From NCBI GenBank assembly GCA_964016885.1, contig OZ024740.1:98146001-98210000 (forward strand): a DNA stretch of 64,000 nucleotides. Direction: 5' to 3'. The translations under genes were made by a program, and so were the position numbers. Below are positions 51,964 to 64,000 of the stretch, in pieces. The notes under the pieces are model-generated. The model was not told where the DNA came from. It searched no databases and saw only the letters and a program-made list of their open reading frames with translations. This stretch comes from Eledone cirrhosa (Eukaryota). Each line of letters opens with the position of its first letter. Positions within the stretch are counted from its first letter, which is position 1.

Positions 51964-53229
51964 CTGGGTGTGTCAGAAAAGAAACAGGACTAGGTTCACA
52001 AAAAAAATATTTCAAATCCAATCTACAAACTATAGGTTTTCTCCTTTGAAATACTCCTTCCCAAGCCTAACGCACTTTCCTAGCCTTCTCCACCATGACT
52101 TAATGTAGTCCTGGAAGGATTCACCCAAGATTCTCCACAGCTTTGTCGCCACAGCCATCCTGATGGCTTCCCTGTCCTGAAAATGGCTCCCTCATGAGCT
52201 TGAGGAAAAGGAAAAAAATCACACGAAACTAGGTCGGGTGAGTAGGGAAGTTACTCCAGCATGGTGATGTTCTTCTTGGCCAGGAACTGCTGGATGCTTA
52301 GGGCATTGTCATGGTGAAGCAGCTACAGTTGTCCTGCCACAAATCTCACCTCTTCTCACACACAAAATGAAACAAGCATCACTGGATCTCTTTGTAGACA
52401 CGCTGGTTGATTGCCTGGCACTGTGGCAAGAACTCTATATGGAAAGTGCTCCTCACATTGAAGAATGTAATCAACATGTGCTTGACTTTTGACTTTGACC
52501 GTCTTGCTTTCTTCAGACTTGGCAACTCCAGACTCATCCATTAAAGGATCTGGCACTTGGTCTCTGGGTGGTAATCAAAAATTCATAACTTATTGCCAGT
52601 GATGACTCACCACACCAAGTCTGGGTCGGTGTTAAGATGCTCAAGGATGTCCTGACAAAGCTGCATTTACCGCTATTTATGGTCATCATTCAGCAGCTTT
52701 GGCACCATCTTCACAGATCTTCAGCATGCCCAAATCTTTGGTGGATATCTTTTAAACACTGTCATGGTTCATTTGCAGTTAACATGTGATCAGTCGAACT
52801 TTTAGCCAATGATTGTCAGGAACCATCTGCCCCACACATTAAACATTGGCCTCAGTCCTGCTTGGTAAAGGCCTACTACGTCTATGGTTGTCTTCCATAC
52901 CCTCACATCCTCCTTAAACCTTCTGTGCCACTCGAAAACCCATGAGCATGACATCGACTTACCTCCGTACACTTGCTGCTGTATTCTGAGTGTTTTTGAT
53001 GGACCAGAAACTTCAGGCAGGTTCATTGCTCTGTGCCCACCACCCAATGGCCTACAATTGAAGAGGTGTTAACAAAAACACGTGAAAAAACATACAATGG
53101 CTGAAGAGAGCTGAGATTGCAGTTATATCATCTCCGAATATTATGTCACATGGTGACATAACCCGCTAATCTTTGCCTCCTCATAGCTCACACACCACCT
53201 AAATCCTGTTATTTTACTGACACACTTAA
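51964..53229 (-). mobile_element. Tc1/mariner DNA transposon relic (about 1.27 kb)
   Basis: About 30-bp imperfect TIRs (GTGTGTCAG.AAA.AACAGGA.TAGG) with TA flanks; transposase remnants QQVYG..MS...VFEWHRRFKE and LPYSPDL..CDFFLF. Confidence 0.88.
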
Positions 53230-54862
53230 TATATATCAAAGATATCAAAGATATAGAACTATATTAACTGAAATAGCTCAATCTGTTTATATAATATATA
53301 AATGTTCAAAGAAATATTAGCGAGCAAGCATGTTTATATATATAATTGCCAAGCAAATATAGACAAATGTATTAATATAGCAAATATAGACAAAGGTATT
53401 AATGGAAAATTATACTTCTTTCATCAAAAAACCATATTTATTTTCTTACAATTGTTTTGAAAGAGATATAACCTTGAATTATACAAAATGTTAGTAAATA
53501 TTTGTTTCATACAGTTATGTGAATCTATAAATTCAGATATATGTCAATACCATCATAATTCACTCTCCTCTAAGAGAAAAAGATAGTCAGTGGTGAAATT
53601 TTTCACAAAAAAAAATATATTTCACAAAATATATACACATATACATTTACTGCAGAGTTGATGTTATGTTACTGAATATATATATTATGGGCAAATTAAA
53701 GCGAATGGATTTAATAATACTGAAATATTCACTGAAATATTCATATGAATAAAAACATATTTTTTAGAAAATTCTTGCAGTTGTAAGTTTAGTATTGTGA
53801 TTACAATGCTTAATCATGGTAATGATAACACTAAGCTTACAACTGTTAGAAATTAAAAAAAAATATATTTCATGTTTGTGCTCAATACCAATTTAAAATC
53901 ATTATATAAGTATGCATATTGCACAACTCAAACTGCATATTTATAAACTTTATTAACAATGAGAAACAACATCTAAACTATTAACTATAATTCTTTTAAA
54001 ACATTATTATCTCTAACCATCACATACTTCTCTCGCAAAAATATATATATCTTGATCATAACCGTATTTGAACTGTTTTTTTAAACTTAACTTTTGTACT
54101 TTGTACATTGTCATAATGAGTGATTTCATATATCGTATGTCCTTAAGGTTATTCTGTGTGGTATTATTTTGAAGGGTTTTAATAAACTCTGAAGACACCT
54201 GTGCAGAATTACTTATTACAAGTTACTTATTATAACTCACTGAGTGTAGTTCAAGAGAGGAAAAACGATTGTTAGTTTACAAATGCATTAAATCTCTGGT
54301 GTAATTTAAATTTGTTATGTATAACAGCACTGCATGACCCCACTGCATTGAACTCCAAATCAACCTGTAAATGAGTATCACTACTCCCATTAATATTATA
54401 ATTAAATATATTTTATTCATCGTTTGCAATTCTTTCAGAATGAAAATATAAACAGAGCATATAAATAAATTTACAGTAGAATAACGTAACAAATATGTTT
54501 TAAATATATACATAAATAACATTACAAATGCTTAGACAATATTATAAATAGCTCGCGATTCCTTCAGAAAGATATGTTCCTTTAATGTTACAATATTAAA
54601 GAAAATGTAAAGGAAAGGGTGAACAACGGAGCCAACACCAGAGCAAAAGACAGCAACGTCCTGAGTACTGGGCAACCTCTCTAATGATTTTTGAGGCAAG
54701 CCAGCACACTTGCAGCGTTGCCTCGGGTGATGGGGCGAAACTATAGTATAATATTAATATTACTATTATTGTATATATTTATATATGTATGTATGTATTC
54801 ATGCAAGCAGGGAAAAGCAGATGTAAAATGATGATGATGATGATGATATATATATATATTGT

Positions 54863-55322
54863 GGAGGCATGTCACCTAGTGTTAAGGGTGTTGGACTAAC
54901 GATCATAATGTTGTGGGTTCGATTGCTGGGTTGCGTGTTGTCTTCTTGAGCAAAACCCTTTATTTCACGTTGCCCCAGTATAATCAGCTGAAAATGAGTA
55001 CCAGTAATAGCTGGGGGTTTAACCCTGCGATGGACTGGCATCCTGTCAAGGGGTGGGTACTGTATTCTCAGTTGCTTCATGCCATGAAACTGGGATATGC
55101 ACCGTGTGGACATGGATGTTTTCAAGAATCATCTTGACATTCTGCTATCCAGGATCCCAGATGAACCCTCAACATGGAATGAAGGTAACCTAAGGGCAGC
55201 CGCAACAAACTCCCTCCTAAATCAATGGCCAACCAACGCAACCTGGATATAGAAAGTGTAGCAACAAAAGTGGTGCCCCAGCATGGCCTGAGCCAGATAG
55301 CTGGAACATGTAAAAGTGTAAT
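54863..55322 (+). mobile_element. Composite SINE S2: tRNA head, CORE/V-like body, LINE-derived 3' segment
   Basis: B-box GGGTTCGATT, TTGAGCAAAACCCTT and CCCTGCGATGGACTGGCATCCTGTC; 3' part translates FKNHLDILLSRIPDEP..RAAATNSLLNQ. Confidence 0.7.
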
Positions 55323-55474
55323 GAATGTATATGTGTGTGTATGTATAGTGTAGGCAGTATAGTGAATACTGGTGTTGGTACCAAATCAAGCACTCTATGC
55401 ACAGGCAGAGTGTATATAATAGAAAAAAAGAGGAAGTTTTGTTTACATATGAAAAATAGTTATTACATATCGAC

Positions 55475-55564
55475 CTGTTACGTGTGTTTTGCAGAGGATT
55501 GGCTGAAGATGACCCATAGGAGTTACGGACCCAACTCCAGTATCGATCTGCTCCTCAGACTAGT
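55475..55564 (-). ncRNA. Degenerate type I hammerhead with extended stem II
   Basis: CTAGT-CTGAGGA-GCAGA..TCTGC-AAAAC(ACAC)GTA^ACAG; the GAAA box reads AAAA. Confidence 0.55.
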
Positions 55565-55919
55565 GATGCGACAAAAGATATATGTCTATATATATATGTA
55601 TGTATATGTATGTGTGTATATATCTCTATATATATATATATATGTGTAAATACGAAATAAATGTTTTCACTCTACATGGCTGAATACAATAAATGTAATC
55701 TGAATTTTTCGAATATTAATAATAATATTCGATTTGTTTGCAATTATGCAAACAAGCCTAATTTTTAAAGCCATGTCATTAGAATGACCCCCCTCATTCT
55801 TGCTCTTGTGTTGGCATGTAAACAGAACAGCAGACACTAATGTTTCTGGGTATTATCCTTCATCAGTACAGTTCACTGTTCAACTGCCAACTGTCAGAGT
55901 TAGTGAAAATATATGTATG

Positions 55920-55952
<33 letters not shown>

Positions 55953-56556
55953 GTCAGGTCACCAGTTGGTGCTACTCGTAACATGTATCCCAGTACAACC
56001 CGTCCCATGGTCGTTGGCGACTAAACTGGCAACCCTACCAAGGTTTCTTGGTGAGGAGGGTGACTTTGGACATCCTGCAGGACTAAAAACAAAACCTGGC
56101 AAAGGGCAAAGGAGCTCTTAAGAGTCAATGGCCATCCAAAATCACTGGGAGAGATGATCCCTTAGCCTTTGTCAAGGCAGAATTCTAGGAGAAGGAAAAC
56201 TTTGATATAACACCTGCAACCCTGATGGTATCCAATGATGTTGACTTGTTCTTCTTTTTGGTAAATACCATCTTGGTTAAGAGAGTGGGACTGGCTTTGT
56301 GCAGTGCCTTTGCTAACTATAAAAGCTTCACGGCACAGGCATTGCTTTATATCTGGAGATCTCTCTGCACTTGTCGTCACATGGTACCATGGGCCCAGCA
56401 CTATGTGTCAATAATTGTCACAGGTGTAGTGTTTGTACCAGAGTTTTCAAGTCGCTGGCTGGACTAAAAAGTCACACTCGTTCAGTGCATCGGTAGAGGT
56501 TCTCCTACATGGATATAAAGTAGTGGCCGTACTCGAAAACGAGTTGGCAGCCACCA
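55953..56556 (+). mobile_element. Bipartite non-autonomous RTE-like element
   Basis: RTE-type 5' UTR (CTAGGAGAAGGAAAACT) joined to a C-terminal C2H2 finger [22 protein letters not shown] and a 3' hairpin; related to 63263-63833. Confidence 0.7.
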
Positions 56557-56680
56557 ATATATGTATGTATATATATGTATGCATGCATATATATATGTAT
56601 ATATATATATATATATATGTATATGTATGTATGCATATGTATATATATATATGTGTATGTATATGAATGTATGTATATAT

Positions 56681-56711
<31 letters not shown>

Positions 56712-56722
56712 CATACATATGT

Positions 56723-56818
56723 GGAGGCACATGGCTTAATTGTTTGGGCATCGGCCTTGCAATCGAAAGGTTGTGAGTTCAATTCTCAGACCGGGTGATC
56801 TGTTGTTTCCTTGAGCAA
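56723..56818 (+). mobile_element. SINE S2 5' fragment
   Basis: GGAGGCACATGGCTTAAT..GAGTTCAATTC..CCTTGAGCAA. Confidence 0.7.
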
Positions 56819-56984
56819 TAATGAGAGAATCGGTTTCTAACATAGACACCAGACTCTCTCATTGGAATTTACACAACATCAACTAGGTAGATTATGTATG
56901 CATGCCTGCATGTGTAAATATGTATGGTATTGTATGTATGCATGTGTATATACTTTGTATCTGTACATGTGTATATGCAGTTAT

Positions 56985-59925
56985 TAGATGCAATATTTTG
57001 GGAATGTTTTACATATTTTTACTGTTCCATTAATGGATTGTACTAACTAGTTGTGATCTTTCTGTTCCCGTGAAGCCTAGCTTCTCAAGAGTTGTATTGA
57101 GGCAGTTACTAACATATCCCTGTGCCCCAATAATCACAGGCATAAATCTGAAGATGTAATCAGGGTGGAGTATCTGCTGATGTCTCTTCAGTTCTGCATA
57201 AATATTCTCCTTTTCACTAATCTTTGATATTATATTGGTATCTGCTGGGCAGCTAATTTCCACTACTGTGCATGCTTTCTTTTCCCTGTCCCATATCATA
57301 ATATCTGGTCTGTTATGCCTGCATTTTATTTGTGTTTTTACTGGAACATTCCACCAGTACTCTTTCATATTATGTACATGGATGTGTTCTACATTGCTGT
57401 AGCTTTTAATGTGTTTATTATCGTGGGCTATCTTTTTTACGGATTGCATTGTACAGTGTTTTAGCCACTACAACATGCCTCACAGGTAGATAGTACTGCG
57501 ATGACATCTTTGGACCACTGCTGATGACATGGATGACATCTTCAATGTTAATTCTGCAGAGTCTGCACTTGTTTTCACATCTTGGTGTTTTGCCTATCTC
57601 CTTTGTGAATCAGGTATTTTGTGTTAATTTCCTTTTCTTAGATTGCAAAAGCGTATCCTTCAAAGTGGGAGCCGATATAGCGGTTGTTGGTCCAAGATAG
57701 ACTACTTTCCTTATTTATATTACTGTCACTCTAGAGCTTCCTCGCAACATATTCATGCATGATTTTTTGCTGATAAGCATGCAGTTTTTCATCCATGGAT
57801 TCACTGCGATAGAGCTGAGTGACTTCCCTGTGTGTGAGTTTTTGATTATCACACAGGGAATATCTTTCGAGGAGTTCCTTCCCAACTCTCATGATCTTAT
57901 CTGTTTCATGCAGATAGACTTGCTCGAGAGACGGGCTCCTAAGCTTCGAGGTTCATAGATGTTGTCGGAGGAATATGATGTGACATTCAAATGGCATCTG
58001 GACTTATGTTAGGCCTCTGCCTCCCTGCTTACGTTTCAAGTAAAGGCAGTATGTCACTGTTGATGTGGAAGTTTCCGGTGTTGTTTAGTATTTTTAGAGT
58101 TCTAACATCAACTGCTCGGATTTCGTCTATCATCCAATTGAGTATTCCAAATGTTGGTATTAGGACAGGCACAGCAATCACATTATGAGCCATTGTTTTG
58201 TTTTGCGCAGAGAGTTCCGATGACCAAATCTTTCTTAATCAGGTGTAGTATTCTCTGGTTACGCGTTCCTTATTACAGATACCATTATAGGATATGTTCT
58301 CATCTATCCCCAGGTATCTGTAGCAGTCCTCATCAGATATCCGTGAAACAGTTAGGCCATTGATGACAGTGTTGCTAGATTGGGTTGTTGGTTTTCCCCG
58401 CTTTACAGTCATATATGAGCATTTATCTTGGCCAAACTCCATTTCTATATCCTTTGAAAACCTTGTAACCTGGTCAAGATTTTTCTTCATCCCATCCATG
58501 TTCTTGGCCTAGAGTTTCAGATCATTCACAAAGAAATTATGGGTTAGGTTCATATTTCTATCCTCCTGTGAGCCAATGATGTATCCTTCACATTTCTTGA
58601 GCAGAAAGGACAAGGGGTTTAATGACAGGATGAAAAGTATCACAGAAGACTGTCTCCCTGAAATATACCCCTGCAATATTTTATTTTATCAGTGAAAATA
58701 GGGTCCTCCTTCTCTATCCTTAGGATAGTAGCCCAAGAAGAAGATAGCTTCTCTATGGCTCTGATAATAATTGTTTCTACTTTTTGGCACAAGGCCAGCA
58801 AATTACCCAGTACATTACTGGTACTTTATTTTATCGACCCCGTAAGGATGAAAGGCAAAATTAACCTAGGTGGGATTTGAACTCAAAATGGCAAGGGCCG
58901 TAACTCTATGCGTCTAAGCATGGCGTCTGACCCTCTACCGATACTGCCAATTCACCGCCCTTTGGTGGCTCTGATAATAATGTCTGGGATTTAGCAAGTT
59001 GGAGGGCCTCTAACAGAATCGAAAGGTTTACTGTAGTCCAGCCAGACTGTAGCCATATTCCTCCTAAGTTGTCACACCTCCGACATCGCAGTTTTGTTGA
59101 TTAGGAGTTGTTCAAGCACATCCCCAAACCCCTTTCTTTCCAGCTGCTTGTTCATCTGTGATGATGTTATTATTTTCACAGTGATCTTGGAGGAATAGGT
59201 TCAGGCAGGATGTATTATCCTGCATGCAATGGGTCGGTAGTTTTTTGCCAAGTGGGTGTCTTTGTTCTTGGGGACCAGTAATGTTTGTGCTAATGTCAAC
59301 CATTCTGGTATAAGTGTATCTCCCTTAAGGACTTGTTGGTAGATGTCAGTAAGATACCTCTGATAAAATATCAGTTTTTTGTACCAGTAGCCGACAATCA
59401 TGTCTCTTCCTGGTGTTTCCTTATCTTGGAGTTTTCCTATCACAGTATCAAAGGTTGCCTCACTTATTTCGTATGTTTTTGTTGTAGTGTAGGAGCAATA
59501 GTTCTTTCGGATTTATTTTAGCCACACTGTATCTTGGTTGAAATTCTTCTTTTCACCCCATCTTTTTCTCCAAAAGGAATCTATGTCTTTCTGGGATGGG
59601 GCCTCAGTGACACTTATTATTTTGCCCTTCATACCTCTATAGACTGATGTTTCGTTTCGTCTGAATCTTTTATTAAGCACTTTTCTTTCATCTACCTTTT
59701 TCAGGTATCGGCGTTTTTCGCTAACAGCTCTCAATTCTTGTATGAGGGTGATCAGCTTATATTGAAGAGTTCTGGTTCTACTGTTACCAAACATCGTCTC
59801 TAATTTATTTTTCACTCCTTGTTGGTGAGGAGTGAGATTTTTTTGTGCTTGTTTGCATGTAAGGAGCATTGTCACATATCCTATGATTTTTCGTAGGTCA
59901 GCAATAGTAATCACTGTGATAGACT
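56985..59925 (-). mobile_element. Degenerate RLE-type LINE (second R4/Dong-like family)
   Basis: NYRPIAC, FGQDKC, YRYLGI and RLE HNRPDIMIWD..EISCP motifs across broken ORFs. Confidence 0.85.
58772..58965 (-). mobile_element. Complete SINE S1 with 16-bp TSD
   Basis: TGGCTCTGATAATAAT at 58756-58771 and 58966-58981. Confidence 0.92.
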
Positions 59926-59934
59926 CATTTTTCT

Positions 59935-60512
59935 AATGCAGGTGGGTTCTATAGAAGTGGTTGATAGCTTCCGGTACCTAGGTGATCAGATTAGCATGGG
60001 AGGGGGTGTTCCGAGGCCATAGTATCTAGAATAAGGATGGGTTGGAAGAAGGTTAGGGAGCTGCTTCCTCTGTTGACAAAGAAGGGTTTCTCCCTGCGTA
60101 CAAAAGGACGGTTATATGATGCCTGTGTGTGATGTGCGATGCTGCCTGGTAGTGAGACATGGGCAGCAGCTGCAGAAGATATGGAGAGAAATGCGACTGG
60201 GTGATCTGTTGTTTCCTTGACACTTTATTTCACTTTGCTCCAGTTTACTCAGCTGTAGAAATGAGATGATAGGACTGGGGTCCCTATCATTCCACAGCAA
60301 AGTTGTCGTGGAGGCAGCACGGCAAACAGCACCCAGCCCACACTGTAAAGTGGAAGTGTAGGTGCTATGGAAAAAAAGCACCCAGCTTCCAGTGGAAATG
60401 AGGTTGGTGTTAGTAAGGGCATCCAGCTGTAGAAATCAAGCTAGAAAAAATCAGTTCACATTCCACCCTTGCAAGCAGGGAAAAGCGGACGTAAAATGAT
60501 GATGATGATGAT
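59935..60512 (+). mobile_element. RTE 3' fragment with embedded SINE S2 piece and (ATG)n tail
   Basis: IEVVDSFRYLGD and GWKKVRELLPLL motifs; GCGGACGTAAAATGATGATG end. Confidence 0.8.
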
Positions 60513-60741
60513 GTATGTATATTTATATATGTATATATATAAGTATGTGTGTATATATATATGTATGTGTGTGTATATATATATATGTATGTGCATATAT
60601 ATATATGTATGTATATATATATATTCCTTATGAGCAAGACATGGTCAGCCAACTGGACAGTGCCCACTATAGGACAACCCGTCTAACCCATGCTAGCGTT
60701 AAAGAATGGACATAAAACGGTGATAATGATGATGTATAAAT

Positions 60742-63125
60742 ATCATCATCATTATCATCACCGTTTTAAGTCTGTTCTTCCATGCTAGCATGGGTTTGAC
60801 GGGTTGTCCTGTTGTGGGCAGTGTCCGGTCGGCTGACCTGGTCTTGACCTGGTCTTGCTCATACAGGAACTGATTCTGTCTTGATTTCTACAGCTGGATA
60901 TACTTCCTAACATCAACCTCATTTACAGTGAGTGCTGGGTGATTTTTTCCGTGGCGCCTACACGTCCACTTTACAGTGTGGGCTGGGTGCTTTTTTGCCA
61001 TGGCACCTCAACGACCACTTTGCAGCCGGGGGTGGGGATATTGTCTGTATGCTTTAGTTTCAACTTGTTCCTGTGGGGGGTCGCGTCTTCTGTATTACTG
61101 TTTGATGCCAGAGGTCATGGTCATGTGTCATTGCCCTTGAGAGGTGCAATTAGGTAAGACTTTTATCACCTCATCCCAGGTCTTCTTGGGTCTCCGCACT
61201 TCGAGGTTTCCATCGACTTCTAGTGCTCTGCACACTTTTATGCAGCTGACATCTTTCATACGCATCACATGTCCACACCTACGTAACCTCCTCTTCTGCA
61301 CACAGTATTTGATTCCTCTTATGCTCAGTCTCTCTCTCAATTTGTTTATACTTTGCCGTTCGCGTATATTGCTATTACACATCCATCAGAGCATCCAAGC
61401 TTCATTTCTTTCTAATCTATGCAAGTCTTCTACAGACAGCGCCCAGGTCTCACTACCATGTATACACGCATCATACAGTCTGCCTTTCATTTTGAGGGAA
61501 AAGCCGTTTGAAGCTAGCAGTGGCAGTAGCTCACTGAACTTCTTCCATCCCGTTCTTACCCTAGTTATTGTACTTTCCGAACACACACCTCCACTGTTAA
61601 TTCGGTCACCTAGGTAGCAGAAGCTATCTACTGTTTCTACAGAGCCCTCCCAGAGTTTGGTGGTGCTTCTCTCCTGTGGTCATTTGCTGCTTGCTGTCCT
61701 AGCGCAGCTGCTACATATGAAGCCTACATTCTTAGTTAAACTTCCTGAGATCCCACTACATCTCTTTTGTACCCATTGTGTGCATTTTAGAGCAGAGGAT
61801 AGAATTTCTACCTACACCTTTCTTACATACTGAGAAAGGCCATTTCCTTGAGGGGATCTGGGTTCTGTTTTCTGGTCTACTTACATGAACCTTAGTCTTT
61901 GTCAGGTTGACTTTGTGACCCTACCTTTCTAGTCCCTGCTTCCATGTTTGGAATTTCTTCTCTAGTTCCACCATGGATTCAGCTATATGTGCGAGATCAT
62001 CCAAATATAGAAGTACCCATGGACATCCGGTCTTAAACTCTTCCGTTATTGCCAGCAAAACTTTAATGAACAGGAGAGGGCTAAGAACAGAGCCCTGGTG
62101 GACACCGACCTCTATGTTAAATTCCTCGCTATAGTCATTGCTAACTCTAACTTTGGTGACTGCTCCTCTATAGATGGCTTGTACAGCTTTCACAAGCCAT
62201 TCATATACTTCTAGTTTTCTAAGAGCCCACCAGATTATAGCACTGGGAACTCTGTCAAAGGCTTTCTTGAGATCGACGATGCCAGGTAGAGCAGCTTACT
62301 TTTAGCTAGGTACCTTTCCTGTAACTGACTCACATGGAAGTGGTGTCATCAGTGGTGCCATTTCCTGGTACAAAGCCAAATTGGATTTCATCTAGTTTCA
62401 CCCGGTCCCTAATCAACTGTGCTATAACTCTTTCCGTTACTTTCATGACCTGGTCCATCAACTTTATATCTCTATAGCTTCCTCTATCTAGTGCATCACC
62501 TTTACCTTTGTAGCAGTTGACAATGATGCTGCTGCACCAATCCTTTGGTCTGATACCCTGTAGTATTACCTGGTTAACAACTCGTGTGGTTATGGTGTGA
62601 CTTTCCGACCCAGATGCCTTCAGCATCTCGGCAGCTATACCCGGTGGAACGTTTGTCTCCCCTGTCTTCATATCTTTAATTGCCTTACTTACTACACTGA
62701 TGCTGACTTGTACTGCTGGCTTCTCTATAGGGTCCGCTTGGGTTAGGGTCTCTTTTTGCCATGCATTCTCCTCGTTTCGTAATCTTTTATAATGGTTCTT
62801 CCACGCAACTTTCTTATTGGCACTTATGAGGGCAAGCTAATCATTATCTTTCTGGATAGACTTCTCTCCAATGACACACGCCACGCAATCTTGAACAGCT
62901 CCTGTTTCTGGTCCTCACGTTGCAAAACATGCTTGAATTTTCTATCCTCTGCTTCCCTTCTACCTAAGTATACTTGTTGCCTATCTTCCCTCCTGGTCTC
63001 TATCTAATGTACCCTGCTACAACTGTTCTTCCATTCTTTCCATGCCTGTCTCTTAGTCTTAACTGCCTCATCTACCTGATTGTTCCACCACCAAGTCACT
63101 CTCGTCCCTGTGGACTTGCTCCAAC
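60742..63125 (-). mobile_element. Degenerate RTE LINE (older subfamily)
   Basis: Broken ORFs homologous to 35135-37220; (ATG)n tail. Confidence 0.88.
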
Positions 63126-63262
63126 CACACATACATATATGTATGTATATATATATGTATATATATATGTATATCTATATATATATGTATGTATATATAT
63201 ATATATGTATGTACATATGTATGTATGTATGTATATATGCAGGTATGTATGTATATATGTAT

Positions 63263-63833
63263 GTCGGGTGACTCTTGAGTGCTATTGGTAACATGTAACC
63301 CAGTACATCATGTCGCATGGTCAGATCGTCGGCAACTAAACTGGCGACCCCACCAAATTTACTTGGTGAGGACACCCTGCTTGACAAAAAAAAGACCTGT
63401 CGAAGGGTGGAAGAACTCATAAGAATCAACGGCCACCCAAAAATGTGTAAATATGTATATACACATGTATATGTATGTATATGCGCGGGGACATAGAAAT
63501 AGTGAGGCTGGATGCATAATTGCGTGATCAAACCACTGGGAGTGAAGGACACCTAGCCTTTGTCAGGGCATTCTTCTTGGAGAAGGCAACTCAGGAAACT
63601 GGGATCACTCCAACATAAAACCTGCGGCTCAGTAGTTACTGATGATGTTGATCTTAGCTTGTTTTCGGGTTATAGCTACTGTTGCTCAGGGAGTGGGATT
63701 GGCTCAGTGTACAGTCTTTCCTCACTTTAAACAAATCTTCACGCACAGGCATTGCACAATGGAATTAATTAACAATTATTAATAATGGTTTATCGTGCAA
63801 TGGCCATCCTCTATAACGAGGGGGCAGCCATCA
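63263..63833 (+). mobile_element. Bipartite non-autonomous RTE-like element, copy 2
   Basis: 5' and 3' ends homologous to 55953-56556. Confidence 0.65.
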
Positions 63834-64000
63834 TGTATATACATAATTTTGATAGGTTTCAGCCAGTATTGGCCTAGGCATGTCTAACTTAATAGCATCA
63901 CCAAGGAAAAGCGGACGTAAAATGATGATGTTGATGATGATGATGATGATATATGTATGGATGTGTGTCTGTGGAGGTGGGTGTGAGTGTATGTGCAAGC

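Noticed and set aside
53098-53150. CTGAAGA...GAAT hammerhead-like string (similar at 31129 and 54189)
   Set aside because: Stems do not form and/or the GAAA box is missing

Overview
This is eukaryotic, AT-rich, repeat-dominated DNA. The SINE sequences, microsatellite load and LINE repertoire resemble a cephalopod (Octopus-like) genome, which is inference. No host protein-coding gene can be supported. Bases 1-25.7 kb are one continuous retrotransposon nest organised around (TTA/TAA)n microsatellites. It holds three Tx1/L1-clade APE LINEs (+), two R4/Dong-like RLE LINE copies (-) and SINEs. One short Dong-like copy is split by a complete Ty3/Gypsy element (264-bp LTRs, GAAG TSD) and by a non-coding LTR element (CCTC TSD, doubled and extended tRNA-Trp primer site). 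Bases 25.7-64 kb are AT-rich, with RTE LINEs (one long uninterrupted ORF), CR1 LINEs, tRNA-derived SINEs, a mariner relic, a Helentron/DINE-like element and long (TA)n tracts. Most notable finds by eye: (i) type I hammerhead ribozyme folds at 44088-44144 (+), 38698-38814 (-) and 55475-55564 (-), in small non-coding Penelope-like repeats beside (TA)n, two with large stem II insertions; (ii) unrelated LINE clades sharing the (TTA)n target in opposite orientations; (iii) a 5' splice-site/U1 motif at conserved spacing at the Tx1 ORF1/ORF2 junction; (iv) about 0.6-kb bipartite non-autonomous RTE elements. Folds and alignments were done manually; no database search was run.
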